From a virus, in the IMG/VR virus record IMGVR_UViG_3300006033_000003: DNA of 60,871 bases. One strand, written 5' to 3'. Below, piece by piece: positions 43,409-52,756 of this stretch. The notes beneath the pieces are model-generated. The model ran no database searches, was not told the DNA's origin, and was given only the letters and a program-made list of their open reading frames with translations. The position numbers and the translations under genes were made by a program. Every line of letters starts with the position of its first letter. Within the stretch, counting starts at the first letter, position 1.

Positions 43409-43880
43409 CAAGAAACCGCGCAAGAAGTACCGCCCGAAGCCGAAGTTGTTGAATGCGATGGAGTACGTCACCGAAGGCGTGAGCCTGCTCAGCTGCCAAG
43501 AAGGCTACCTGGTGGACCGTCAACTGAAGAACCAACTGGCCTTCGGAGCCGCGCTGACCGGGCGGGCTTCCTTCGCGGACCTGACCACGCTGATCACCGC
43601 TCACGCGATTGCGGACGCCTTCTGGGCGATGGGCCGGGGGCGGGAGTACAAGGACATCCTGATCAGGTCTCAAGTGGCGCTGCGAGAAGTCTGGGACCGG
43701 CTGAAGGCCACGGGCCGCAGTACGCTCCGGGCTCCGGAGCTGCAAGCCTTCCGGGACCTCCTGGAACTACACGATGCGATGATGGAAGTGGCGACCGTCA
43801 ACGATATGGAACAAGCCATCAAACTAGCAAAGGACAAGAAACGTGCTGAGCAAAACAAGCGCCCAAAAGCGCATTCATGA
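43398..43880 (+). CDS. hypothetical protein (basic N-terminus)
   Basis: 160 aa. MANNKKPRKKYRPKPK N-terminus. Confidence 0.5.
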   Translation: MANNKKPRKKYRPKPKLLNAMEYVTEGVSLLSCQEGYLVDRQLKNQLAFGAALTGRASFADLTTLITAHAIADAFWAMGRGREYKDILIRSQVALREVWDRLKATGRSTLRAPELQAFRDLLELHDAMMEVATVNDMEQAIKLAKDKKRAEQNKRPKAHS

Positions 43881-44259
43881 ACGGCTGTGTCGGTTCGTCC
43901 GCACCCGCTATGAGCTGATCAAGCCCAAGGGGGTGAGGGGCGTGTTCAACTTCCGCTGCTTCGAGAACGCGGTGCAGTACGCCCACGACCACCCCGGCCA
44001 CGAAGTGATCGAGGTGATCTACATTGACAACGGGGACCCGATTCTGCATTATGTCAACTTCCTCCCGGAGTCCGGGGAGTACGTGGAAACGACCCTGGGC
44101 TGGCGGGCGGAGCACCTGGAATACTACCGCGTGCGCCGCATTCACCCGGACGATTGGAAGCACATTCACGCGGAGTTCGACCGTGCGCTGACCTCCTGGA
44201 CGGAGGAGTGGGCCACGTGGTGGGAACGCAAGGTGCTGAACGTGACGAGGGTTGTATGA
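43843..44259 (+). CDS. hypothetical protein
   Basis: 138 aa. GTG start is uncertain; it overlaps the upstream gene by 38 nt. Confidence 0.45.
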   Translation: MLSKTSAQKRIHERLCRFVRTRYELIKPKGVRGVFNFRCFENAVQYAHDHPGHEVIEVIYIDNGDPILHYVNFLPESGEYVETTLGWRAEHLEYYRVRRIHPDDWKHIHAEFDRALTSWTEEWATWWERKVLNVTRVV

Positions 44260-44273
44260 ACAAGGAGAAAACC

Positions 44274-44687
44274 ATGACTGACTTGCCACATTACCGCGTC
44301 CAGGGCTCCCTGGAACCCGAAGGACTCCTGATCAAGGCGGAGAAGTACCGCGTGGTGAAGGAGACGCCCAAGGGCTACTGGGTGGTGGGACCCTACGCAC
44401 CGACCTGGTTGACCGTGGAAGAACTCCGCAAGCGCAAGTTCGCCAAGTGGGTGAGCAAGAACTCCGGAAAGCGCCTGTGCTACCCGGACATCACCAGCGC
44501 CGTCCGCAGCTTCCTCATGCGGAAGAAGCGCCAAGTGTCGATGCTGAAACTACAACTGGAGCAGGCTGAGACGGCTTTGGAGAAGGCGGAGCTGTACGAA
44601 AAGGCAACCGCTGAGGAATTGCTGAAAGGGGTCAACATTGGCCCGATACCTTCTCACGACAATCTTGTATGGGACTACCTGACATGA
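44274..44687 (+). CDS. hypothetical protein
   Basis: ATG 7 nt after AAGGAG. An alternative ATGA-coupled start lies at 44256. Confidence 0.5.
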   Translation: MTDLPHYRVQGSLEPEGLLIKAEKYRVVKETPKGYWVVGPYAPTWLTVEELRKRKFAKWVSKNSGKRLCYPDITSAVRSFLMRKKRQVSMLKLQLEQAETALEKAELYEKATAEELLKGVNIGPIPSHDNLVWDYLT

Positions 44688-44812
44688 GCTGCTGCAACCA
44701 CAACTGCCGACAAGGCCGTGACTGTCCGAACCGGAAGCCGCGCCGCCTCCCCCGCTCCGTTCTGCTCCTGGGCGTCCTCTGGGCCGTCCTCCTCACTTGG
44801 TACCTGCTATGA
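44684..44812 (+). CDS. 42-aa Cys-rich membrane mini-protein (not in the ORF track)
   Basis: MSCCNHNCRQGRDCPNRKPRRLPRSVLLLGVLWAVLLTWYLL. Coupled by ATGA overlaps at both ends, so it fits the operon phasing. Confidence 0.4.
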   Translation: MSCCNHNCRQGRDCPNRKPRRLPRSVLLLGVLWAVLLTWYLL

Positions 44813-45174
44813 CATTCCGCGTCCCTGAGAAGTTCCGCGTGCGCACTGGCCGCATTGCGTCTGACGAAACCTTCGGCAACAACGGAGCCTTCGAGCTATT
44901 GCTGAAGACCCCGGGCAAGCCCCGGCTGTTCGCCATCGCCTCTGATCAGGCCGGTTGGGAACACGTGTCAGTCTCCCGGAAGGACCGCTGCCCGACCTGG
45001 GATGAGATGTGCGCGGTCAAGGACCTGTTCTGGACGGAGGAGGACGCCGTGGTGCAATTCCACCCGCCCCGCTCCAACTACGTGAACAACCACCCCTTCT
45101 GCCTCCACCTCTGGAAGCCCGCTGATGGGAGCCTGCTGCTGCCGCCGTCCATCCTGGTAGGATATACCACATGA
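44809..45174 (+). CDS. hypothetical protein
   Basis: ATGA-coupled. 121 aa. Conserved-looking core GWEHVSVS..RCPTWDEMC..HPP. Confidence 0.5.
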   Translation: MTFRVPEKFRVRTGRIASDETFGNNGAFELLLKTPGKPRLFAIASDQAGWEHVSVSRKDRCPTWDEMCAVKDLFWTEEDAVVQFHPPRSNYVNNHPFCLHLWKPADGSLLLPPSILVGYTT

Positions 45175-45812
45175 CGCACTCCTTCTCCTCCCTCCAACAG
45201 TTCCGCCAGTGCCCGCACCTGTACTTCCGGCTGCGCATCGCCCGGGACGTGACGATGGAGGAGACGGAGGAAGCCCGCCGGGGCGTCCGCGTCCACGCCC
45301 AGCTGAAGGACCGCCTGAAGAAGGGGAGCCCGCTGCCCCCGGAGCTGACGGACGCGGAACGCCTCTGCGCCCAACTCGAACGGATTGCCCAACGCAGCGA
45401 TCCGATGCGCGTGGAGGAGGAACTGCGGGCCGGAGACTTCGCGGGCAAACTGGACGTGGCCCTCATCGCGGAACGCGCCGCACTGGTGGTGGACTGGAAA
45501 ACCGGCAAGCCCCACGCGGACCCGGACCAACTGAAGATGTACGCCCTGCTCACGTTCGAGAACTTCCCCCGCGTGGACGAAGTGGTGGGCAAGTACGTCT
45601 GGCTGTCCACCGGGGAGATCACCACGCACAAGTTCCTCCGGGCGGACCTCGAAGCACTGCGCACGGAGTTCGAGACCACGGTGGGCGAAATCGCACGGGC
45701 GGAGGCCGAAGGCTACTGGTCACAACGTGGCAACCCCGCCTGTCCCCGGTGCCCCGTACTGGAATGCCGGTTCAACACGTCCCGGGATGCCCGCCCCGCG
45801 CCCCTGTTCTGA
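45171..45812 (+). CDS. Cas4/RecB-like PD-(D/E)xK exonuclease with Fe-S cysteines
   Basis: N-terminal Cys (FRQCPHLYF), DVALI...VVDWKTGK (D...DxK), QLKMYAL (QxxxY), C-terminal CPRCPVLEC. Confidence 0.7.
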   Translation: MTHSFSSLQQFRQCPHLYFRLRIARDVTMEETEEARRGVRVHAQLKDRLKKGSPLPPELTDAERLCAQLERIAQRSDPMRVEEELRAGDFAGKLDVALIAERAALVVDWKTGKPHADPDQLKMYALLTFENFPRVDEVVGKYVWLSTGEITTHKFLRADLEALRTEFETTVGEIARAEAEGYWSQRGNPACPRCPVLECRFNTSRDARPAPLF

Positions 45813-46140
45813 AGGTAAGCGTGCGCTTGGGGTTACCAGATTTTCAGGAATGAAGGTAAGCGCACGTAAGTCCTTGATCCGCTTGGGCTTTTATTATTAT
45901 TACTTACCTTACTTGGGTTACTTGGGTTGAAAAGAACTTCGCCCGACAAATCGACCGGAGGCCCAGCAGAAGTCCTCCGGCAAATTCAAGGTAAGTAAGG
46001 TAAGTAAGTTAAGTAATAATAATAATAAATATATATAAAGGGTTGATTTTATGGACTTTTTGTGCGCTTACCTTTACAAGATTTTGACTGTGTGAAGGTA
46101 AGTAAAAACTGGTCAAACCAAGCGGAAGGTAAGCGCAGTG
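45811..46140. repeat. AT-rich iteron / inverted-repeat island B (paralogue of 12498-12813)
   Basis: GAAGGTAAGCGC-type 12-mers at 45811, 45852, 46064 (rc), 46094, 46125. Inverted repeat 45900-45914 / 45993-46007. Colinear with island A at a constant offset of 33325 nt across 45900-46105. 54-bp identical block at 45985-46038. Confidence 0.9.
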
Positions 46141-46205
46141 CCTCCTTGGGCATCGGCAGACCGCCGCGCTGCCTGAAATCTTGTATTCGCGGGCGAGACA
46201 CCGCC

Positions 46206-46237
46206 GCCTTGTCCTGAACACACCCTCCCGCTATACT
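46206..46237 (+). promoter_or_regulatory. promoter candidate (TTGTCC-N17-TATACT) heading the packaging/structural module
   Basis: gccTTGTCCtgaacacaccctcccgcTATACTcttg. About 65 nt upstream of terS. Confidence 0.45.
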
Positions 46238-46300
46238 CTTGTCAACATTGTCCCTGGGCGTGAGGCCCCGGGACGTTCAGACATGTCGAAGGAGGACGTG

Positions 46301-46822
46301 ATGTCCAAACCGATTCAGAAGATGAAGCCGAAGCCCCCCGTGGAGTTCACGGAGGAGCGCAAAATTCAATACCTGCACCACCTGCGCCAGACGGGCCTTG
46401 TGTACCGCGCTGCCGAACTGGTGGGCATCGAGCCGGGGACCGTCTCGAAGCACCGGAAGGTTGACCCGGAGTTCGATGAGGCCTGCGAGATTGCGAAGCA
46501 GATGTGGGTGGACGAAGTGCTGGTGGCGGAAGCCGTCCGCCGCGCCACCAAGGGAACCTCCAAGCCGATCCTGGGCGGGAAGTTCAAGGACGAAATCGTG
46601 GCCTATGAGCAGGTGTACAGCGACAGCCTCATGGCCATGCTTCTCCGCGCCAACCGGGGTGAGTTCAAGGACAAGGACCTGTCCGGGGGCGGAGCCTACA
46701 GCAACGCCGGGGCCGGGGTCCTGATCATTCCCGCGTCTCCGGACGGCTTGAGCCAGTGGCAGGAGAAGTTCGGTGAGTTGGCGAAGGGGACGCACGGGCG
46801 TCCGGAGGGGGAGAAGAAATGA
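46301..46822 (+). CDS. terS: terminase small subunit
   Basis: ATG 7 nt after AGGAGG. HTH-like YLHHLRQTGLVYRAAELVGIEPGTVSKHRK. Directly precedes terL and is coupled to it. Confidence 0.65.
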   Translation: MSKPIQKMKPKPPVEFTEERKIQYLHHLRQTGLVYRAAELVGIEPGTVSKHRKVDPEFDEACEIAKQMWVDEVLVAEAVRRATKGTSKPILGGKFKDEIVAYEQVYSDSLMAMLLRANRGEFKDKDLSGGGAYSNAGAGVLIIPASPDGLSQWQEKFGELAKGTHGRPEGEKK

Positions 46823-48351
46823 ACGCCCCCATTGTCGCCGTCCCGGCCCGTCCGGACTACCCGATTGAGTGGCGTGAGGTGGACAAGGGGGAGCTGCGCG
46901 GGTTCTACGTGGACCCGACCACGGGCAAGGAGCACGAAGCCACCTGGTGTCCGCAGTACGGGAGCCAGCTGGCCTTCCTCCAGGCCACGCCCATCTTCGA
47001 GGTCCTGTATGAGGGGACGCGGGGACCGGGCAAGACCGATTGCTTGCTGATGGACTTCCTCCAGCACGTGGGGAAGGGTTACGGGAGCGAATGGCGGGGC
47101 ATCCTGTTCCGTCAGACGTACCCGCAGTTGTCGGACGTGATCAACAAAACCACCAAGTGGTTCCGCAAGATTTTCCCGATGGCCCGCTACAACAAGGTGG
47201 AGCACAAGTGGACCTTCCCCGGCGGGGAGGAGCTGCTGCTGCGCCACATGAAGTCCCCGGACGATTATTGGAACTACCACGGCCACGCATACCCGTGGAT
47301 TGGCTGGGAAGAACTCTGCAACTGGGCGGATGACAAGTGCTACACGGTCATGATGTCGTGCTGCCGCTCCACGAAGCCCGGGATGCCCCGCTGCTACCGC
47401 GCAACCACCAACCCCTACGGGCCTGGGCACAACTGGGTCAAGTCCCGGTTCCGCCTTCCGCACTACCGGGGCAAGGTGATCACGGACGCGATGCGAGACG
47501 GGGAGCGGGAGCCGCCGCGTGTCGCCATCCACGGTTCCATCTATGAGAACCAAATCCTGCTCCACGCTGACCCGGAGTATATCAGCAAGATTCGAGCCGC
47601 CGCCCGGAACCCCTCCGAACTCGCAGCCTGGCTCCACGGTTCCTGGGACATCATCGCCGGGGGCATGTTCGATGACCTGTGGCGGGGCGAAGTCCACGTG
47701 GTTCCGTCCGTCCCGCTCCACCTCATCCCGAAGCGGTGGAAGATTGACCGCAGCTTCGACTGGGGCAGCTCCAAGCCCTTCGCCGTCCTGTGGTGGGCGG
47801 AGTCCAACGGTGAGCCGTTCGAGTACCAGGGCCGCGTGTACGGGCGGGTGAAGGGCGATCTGTACCTGATCCAGGAGTGGTATGGCTGGAACGGAACGCG
47901 CAACGAAGGTGTGCGGATGCTGGCCAGCGATGTCGCCCAGGGCGTGAAGGACCGGGAGGAGGACTGGGACCTGACGGCCCGCGTCCGTCCCGGCCCCGCT
48001 GACTCCGCCATCTATGACGTGGAGAACGGCAACAGCATCGCCGTGGACATGGAGAAGAAGGGCGTGCGCTGGACGCCCGCTGACAAGGGTCCGGGCTCCC
48101 GGAAGCAAGGTTGGGAGCAGATACGCAAGATGCTGAAGGGGGCCTGTCCTCCGCCCGGGGGCGGACTTCGGGAGACGCCCGGCATGTTCATCTTCGACTG
48201 GTGTCAGCAGACCCTGGAGACGCTGCCCGTGCTCCCCCGGGACGACAAGGACCTGGATGACGTGGACACGGACGCTGAGGACCACATCGGGGACGCGATG
48301 CGCTACCGTGTACGCAAGAAGCTGCGTGGTGTCAAGCAATCGGAGATGTAA
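46819..48351 (+). CDS. terL: terminase large subunit
   Basis: Walker A-like YEGTRGPGKTD and an ATPase/nuclease two-domain length of 510 aa. Canonical position before the portal. Confidence 0.85.
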   Translation: MNAPIVAVPARPDYPIEWREVDKGELRGFYVDPTTGKEHEATWCPQYGSQLAFLQATPIFEVLYEGTRGPGKTDCLLMDFLQHVGKGYGSEWRGILFRQTYPQLSDVINKTTKWFRKIFPMARYNKVEHKWTFPGGEELLLRHMKSPDDYWNYHGHAYPWIGWEELCNWADDKCYTVMMSCCRSTKPGMPRCYRATTNPYGPGHNWVKSRFRLPHYRGKVITDAMRDGEREPPRVAIHGSIYENQILLHADPEYISKIRAAARNPSELAAWLHGSWDIIAGGMFDDLWRGEVHVVPSVPLHLIPKRWKIDRSFDWGSSKPFAVLWWAESNGEPFEYQGRVYGRVKGDLYLIQEWYGWNGTRNEGVRMLASDVAQGVKDREEDWDLTARVRPGPADSAIYDVENGNSIAVDMEKKGVRWTPADKGPGSRKQGWEQIRKMLKGACPPPGGGLRETPGMFIFDWCQQTLETLPVLPRDDKDLDDVDTDAEDHIGDAMRYRVRKKLRGVKQSEM

Positions 48352-48409
48352 GCCTTGCCCGGGGACGGTCCCCGGGCGAAAATACTGAAATTGTTGAAGG
48401 AGAACGAAC

Positions 48410-48736
48410 ATGGCGCAACTGCCGACTTTCAAGCGGGGGGACACCTTCCGCCTGGCCTGTACACACAAGGTGGACGGTTCGCCCGCGTCCGTCTCCGCCC
48501 TCACGATCCGCTCCCAAATCCGCACCGACACGGACGTGCTGGTGACGGCCCTGACGGCGGACCTCCTCCCCCAGGACACGAACCCTGGGCAGTTCGTCCT
48601 TCGCCCGTCTCCTTCGGACCTGACCACGGGGTGGCCGACCGGGATTCACAACCTGGACATCGAGCTGACCCTCAACGGGGTTGTCCGCTCCTCTGAAACC
48701 GTACAACTGCCAGTGGCGAAGGACATCACGACATGA
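48410..48736 (+). CDS. hypothetical protein (small beta-rich, Ig-like?)
   Basis: 108 aa with an SD. Lies between terL and the fibre-like gene. Confidence 0.5.
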   Translation: MAQLPTFKRGDTFRLACTHKVDGSPASVSALTIRSQIRTDTDVLVTALTADLLPQDTNPGQFVLRPSPSDLTTGWPTGIHNLDIELTLNGVVRSSETVQLPVAKDITT

Positions 48737-49833
48737 GCACCACTCTCGAACTCACGCTGCAGCCGTCCACGATCACGATTGAGGTGGGCATCGCAAGCAT
48801 CCCCGTGGCGGAGGTCCCGCCCAATCCGCTGGTCCGGTCCGTCCGCTTCGACACCGGCAACCCGATCCCCGTCACGCAGCCCGGGGAGGCAACCTGGAAC
48901 CCGGCGGAGCGGACGCTGGACGTGAACTTGGGCAACGGGGTCATCGGCCAGTTGTTCAAGGAAGCGCACATTGACGTGTACAACGACACGGGAGCCGCCC
49001 TGGTGGACGGGGACGTGGTGGGCTTCGCCGGGGTGAACTCCCCCACCATCCTTCCCAAGGCCGCGAAGGTCGCAGCCACTCACGACTTCCAACCCCTGTA
49101 CCTCATCGGCCTGGTCACGGAGACTATCACCCCTGGGGCGTCCGGAGCCGTCACGCTCCTGGGCAAGGTCCGGAACATCGACACGACCGGGGCCGCGTCC
49201 GGGGAGACGTGGAGCCTGGCGCAACCGCTGCTGTACCTCCACCCCTCCGTCCCGGGACGCCTGACCAACGTGGAGCCCGCCCCGCCCCATCCGTCCATCC
49301 CTGTCGCCGCGCTGCTGAAGGTGAGCGCAACGGAGGGCGTCCTGCTGGTTCGCCCGACCCTCCCCCAGCGTCTGTTCTTCGGTTCCTTCAGCTCCTCGCA
49401 ATCTCAGACCGCCGCGCTGGTGAATCACGCCTATCCGGTGACGTTGAACCACTCGGACATCGAAGCAGGGGTGGTTCGGGACCCGGTGAACACCTCCCGG
49501 CTGAAGGTCCTGCGTGCCGGCTTGTACAACGTCCAGTTCAGCCTTCAGGTGACCAAGTCCTCCTCCTCGCAGGGGTTCTTGTACCTCTGGCCCAAGGTGA
49601 ATGGCCAATCCGTGGCCAATACAGCCACCAAGGTGGCCATCGAAGGCAACGGCACGTGTATCGTCCCGGCTTGGAACTTCTTGTTCAGCCTCAACAAGGA
49701 CGATTATGTGGAGCTGTACTGGTCTGTCACCGATACTTCCATCAGCCTCCTGGCCGCTCCCGCGTCCGCTGACCCGACCTTGTGGCCCGCCACGCCTTCC
49801 GCTATCCTCACGGTGACGCAGGCCAACCAATAA
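48733..49833 (+). CDS. fibre-like protein with a C1q/TNF-like C-terminal jelly-roll
   Basis: The C-terminal ~140 aa follow the C1q-head pattern (FFGSFSS...LKVLRAGLYNVQFSLQV...LYLWPKVNGQSV...NFLFSLNKDDYVELYW...ILTVTQ). The call is by eye only. Confidence 0.4.
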   Translation: MSTTLELTLQPSTITIEVGIASIPVAEVPPNPLVRSVRFDTGNPIPVTQPGEATWNPAERTLDVNLGNGVIGQLFKEAHIDVYNDTGAALVDGDVVGFAGVNSPTILPKAAKVAATHDFQPLYLIGLVTETITPGASGAVTLLGKVRNIDTTGAASGETWSLAQPLLYLHPSVPGRLTNVEPAPPHPSIPVAALLKVSATEGVLLVRPTLPQRLFFGSFSSSQSQTAALVNHAYPVTLNHSDIEAGVVRDPVNTSRLKVLRAGLYNVQFSLQVTKSSSSQGFLYLWPKVNGQSVANTATKVAIEGNGTCIVPAWNFLFSLNKDDYVELYWSVTDTSISLLAAPASADPTLWPATPSAILTVTQANQ

Positions 49834-49848
49834 CCAAAGGACACGATC

Positions 49849-51480
49849 ATGAGCCAACAGAACAAAGACCCGAAAAGCCCCGCAACGACCTCCGCCGCCT
49901 ATGACGCGATGGCCCCGCGCTGGCACCTGATGGAAGCCCTCTTGGGCGGAACGGAGACCATGCGCGCCGCCGGGGAGACGTACCTGCCCCGCCACTCGGA
50001 GGAGACGGACAAGGGCTATGAGGAACGCCTCAACAGCGCCGTCCTCCTCAACATGGTGAGCCAGACGCTGGACACCCTCAGCGGCAAGCCCTTCAGTGAG
50101 GACATGAAGATGGAGGACGTGCCGGAGATCATGGAGGACTCCGTGCTGGATGACGTGGACCTCCAAGGCAACGACCTTGCGGTGTTCTGCCGCCGTTGGT
50201 TCCGGGAGGGCATGGCCAAAGCCTTCGCCCACGTGCTCATCGACTTCCCCCGGCCCGCGCCCCGGGAGGACGGACAGCCGCGCACGCTGGCGGATGACCG
50301 GGCGGAAGGCCTGCGCCCGTACTGGGTGATGATCAAGCCGGAGTGCGTGCTGTTCGCCCGCTCCGACATCATCAACGGTGTCGAAGTCCTCCAACACGTC
50401 CGCGTCATGGAAACGTACACGGAGCAGGACGGCTTCGCGGAGGTGGAGAAGCAACGCATCAGGGTCCTGGAGCCCGGGCGGGTTCAACTCTGGGAGCTGG
50501 TGAAGGCGAAGGGCGGCAAGGAGGATTGGGCCGTGGTCGATGAGTGGCAGACCGGCCTGACCTACATCCCGCTGGTCACGTTCTACGCCCAACGGGACGG
50601 CTTCATGTACGGGAAGCCGCCGCTGATGGACCTGGCTCACCTCAACGTGGCTCATTGGCAATCGACCTCCGACCAACGCCACATCCTCACCGTCACCCGC
50701 TTCCCGCTCCTGGCCTGTTCGGGGGCGTCCGGGGAAGATGGTGACCCCGTGGTCATCGGCCCGAACAAGGTGCTGTACAACCCGGACCCGGCGGGCCGGT
50801 TCTACTACGTGGAGCACGGCGGTCAGGCGATCAAGGCGGGCCGCGATGACCTCCACGACCTGGAAACCCAAATGGCGGGTTACGGGGCGGAGTTCCTGAA
50901 GAAGCGCCCGGGCGGAACGACCGCCACCGCCCGCGCCCTGGACAGCGCCGAAGCCTCCAGCGATCTGGCCGCGATGGTGGGTGTGTTCGAGGACGCCGTG
51001 GCCCAAGCCCTGGACATCACTGCCGAATGGATGCGCCTGGGCTCCGAAGGCGGAAGCATCGAGCTGGTTAAGTCCTTCCAGGTGGAGGAGAAGGACCAAG
51101 TGGGGCTCCAGGCCCTTCAAGCCGCCCGCGACAAGCGGGACATCAGCCGCAAGTCCTACCTCGAAGCCCTGCGCATGCGCGGCATTCTTCCGGAGGACTT
51201 CGATGAGGAGGAGGACTGGGAAGAACTCATGGAGGAGACCAGCCAAGCCATGGGCGCAGCGGGCCTGGACCTCAACCCCGGGGACCTCGAAGGCGGAACC
51301 CGTCCGCCGATGGAGGACGAAGTGGATGAGGAGGACCTGCCGGAGTACAAGCGCCTGAAGGCGGAGAAGGACCGCCTGAAGAAGATGGAGGAGACGGATG
51401 AGCTCAAAGAGGAGCTGGCCAACATCCAAGCCCAGATTGACGCGATGACGGCCCGCCGCCGCGCCGCTGGAGGTGCCTGA
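49849..51480 (+). CDS. portal protein
   Basis: 543 aa. N-terminal ...ETYLPRHSEE..GYEERLNSAVLLNMVSQTLDTLSGKPF pattern, acidic C-terminus, positioned before the head morphogenesis gene. Confidence 0.8.
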   Translation: MSQQNKDPKSPATTSAAYDAMAPRWHLMEALLGGTETMRAAGETYLPRHSEETDKGYEERLNSAVLLNMVSQTLDTLSGKPFSEDMKMEDVPEIMEDSVLDDVDLQGNDLAVFCRRWFREGMAKAFAHVLIDFPRPAPREDGQPRTLADDRAEGLRPYWVMIKPECVLFARSDIINGVEVLQHVRVMETYTEQDGFAEVEKQRIRVLEPGRVQLWELVKAKGGKEDWAVVDEWQTGLTYIPLVTFYAQRDGFMYGKPPLMDLAHLNVAHWQSTSDQRHILTVTRFPLLACSGASGEDGDPVVIGPNKVLYNPDPAGRFYYVEHGGQAIKAGRDDLHDLETQMAGYGAEFLKKRPGGTTATARALDSAEASSDLAAMVGVFEDAVAQALDITAEWMRLGSEGGSIELVKSFQVEEKDQVGLQALQAARDKRDISRKSYLEALRMRGILPEDFDEEEDWEELMEETSQAMGAAGLDLNPGDLEGGTRPPMEDEVDEEDLPEYKRLKAEKDRLKKMEETDELKEELANIQAQIDAMTARRRAAGGA

Positions 51481-52688
51481 TGCCTACCAGCAATGAGGAG
51501 TACCGTGACGCCGCCCTCCGCCACCAGGTTGGCCTGCGCCGGTACACGGCGGGGCTGAACAAGCGCATCGCCGCCCTCCTGGAGAAGGCGGACGCGGAGC
51601 TGACGCAGAAGCTGAAGGACCGCCTGGCCCGGTTCGAGGGGAAGCCGTTGGACTACACCGGGGAGCGGTGGAAGGCCCTCCTGGCCGACATCAAGGACGC
51701 CCGCGCCGTGGCCCTGGCGGAGTTCCGCGCCACGGTCCGGGAGGAGTTGGGCCAGCTTGCGCCGATGGAAGCCGCCCGGGAAGTCTCCGTGCTTCAGTCC
51801 GCGATCCCGATTGAGGTCAGCTTCGCCGCCGTGGCCGCTGACCAGCTTCGGGCTATCGTCTCCGCCCAACCCTTCCAAGGCCGGTTGCTCAACGACTGGT
51901 TCAAGACCCTGGAGCAGGTGGACCAACAGCGCCTTGTACAAGCCATTCAACTCGGGATGACGCAAGGGGAGCCCATTGAGGACATCGTGCGCCGTGTCGT
52001 GGGCACTCGCAAGAACAACTACACGGACGGCATCCTGTCAATGACCCGGCGGGACGCCCAGGCAATCGTCCGGACGGCGGTGAACCATGTGTCCAACACG
52101 GCCCGCAACTACGTCTGGGACGCGAACAGTGACGTGATCACCGCCCGCATCTGGACTTCCACGCTGGACGGGCGGACCTCCGCTGTTTGTCGCGCCCGGG
52201 ACGGCCACGGGGCTCCGGTTGGGGACAACCCGCTGCCGGAGGGCGTCCCGCCGCTCAAGCCCGCGAACGCGAAGCCGCCCGCTCACATCAACTGCCGGTC
52301 CGTCATGGTGGCGTACATCGACGGGGTTGGGCTGGTGGGGCAGCGCCCGACCGTGGTGGACACCCGAACGCCCAAGGGACGTGAGGTGGACTTCCGGGCG
52401 GAAGCGAAGGCCCGGGGTGTGTCCATTCAGGACGTTCGGAAGGAATGGGCGGAGCGGAACGTGGGCCGGGTTCCCGCCGCAACCACATATCAGGACTTCT
52501 TGTCACGTCAGTCCGCGTCCTTCCAGGATGAGGTCCTGGGCAAGACCAAGGGGGCCTTGTTCCGCAAGGGCGGGCTGACCGTGGACAACTTCGTGGACCG
52601 GGCCGGGAATGAGCTGACGCTGGAACAGCTGGCCGCTACCCGTCCGGAAGCCTTCCGCAAGGCAGGCCTTGACCCTGAAAAGTTCTGA
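51480..52688 (+). CDS. head morphogenesis protein (Mu F / SPP1 gp7 family)
   Basis: WTSTLDGRTSAVCRARDG motif and a downstream ...HINCRS motif typical of this family. Confidence 0.75.
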   Translation: MPTSNEEYRDAALRHQVGLRRYTAGLNKRIAALLEKADAELTQKLKDRLARFEGKPLDYTGERWKALLADIKDARAVALAEFRATVREELGQLAPMEAAREVSVLQSAIPIEVSFAAVAADQLRAIVSAQPFQGRLLNDWFKTLEQVDQQRLVQAIQLGMTQGEPIEDIVRRVVGTRKNNYTDGILSMTRRDAQAIVRTAVNHVSNTARNYVWDANSDVITARIWTSTLDGRTSAVCRARDGHGAPVGDNPLPEGVPPLKPANAKPPAHINCRSVMVAYIDGVGLVGQRPTVVDTRTPKGREVDFRAEAKARGVSIQDVRKEWAERNVGRVPAATTYQDFLSRQSASFQDEVLGKTKGALFRKGGLTVDNFVDRAGNELTLEQLAATRPEAFRKAGLDPEKF

Positions 52689-52756
52689 GGCTACAATATG
52701 ACGGTGCGTGACGCACAACACTGGCGGGTGATCCGCTGATACTTGAGGACAACATC

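Noticed and set aside
48410-48736. RGD tripeptide (FKRGDTF) as a possible integrin-type adhesion motif.
   Set aside because: A tripeptide occurs by chance at this frequency and has no supporting context in a phage of a bacterial host.
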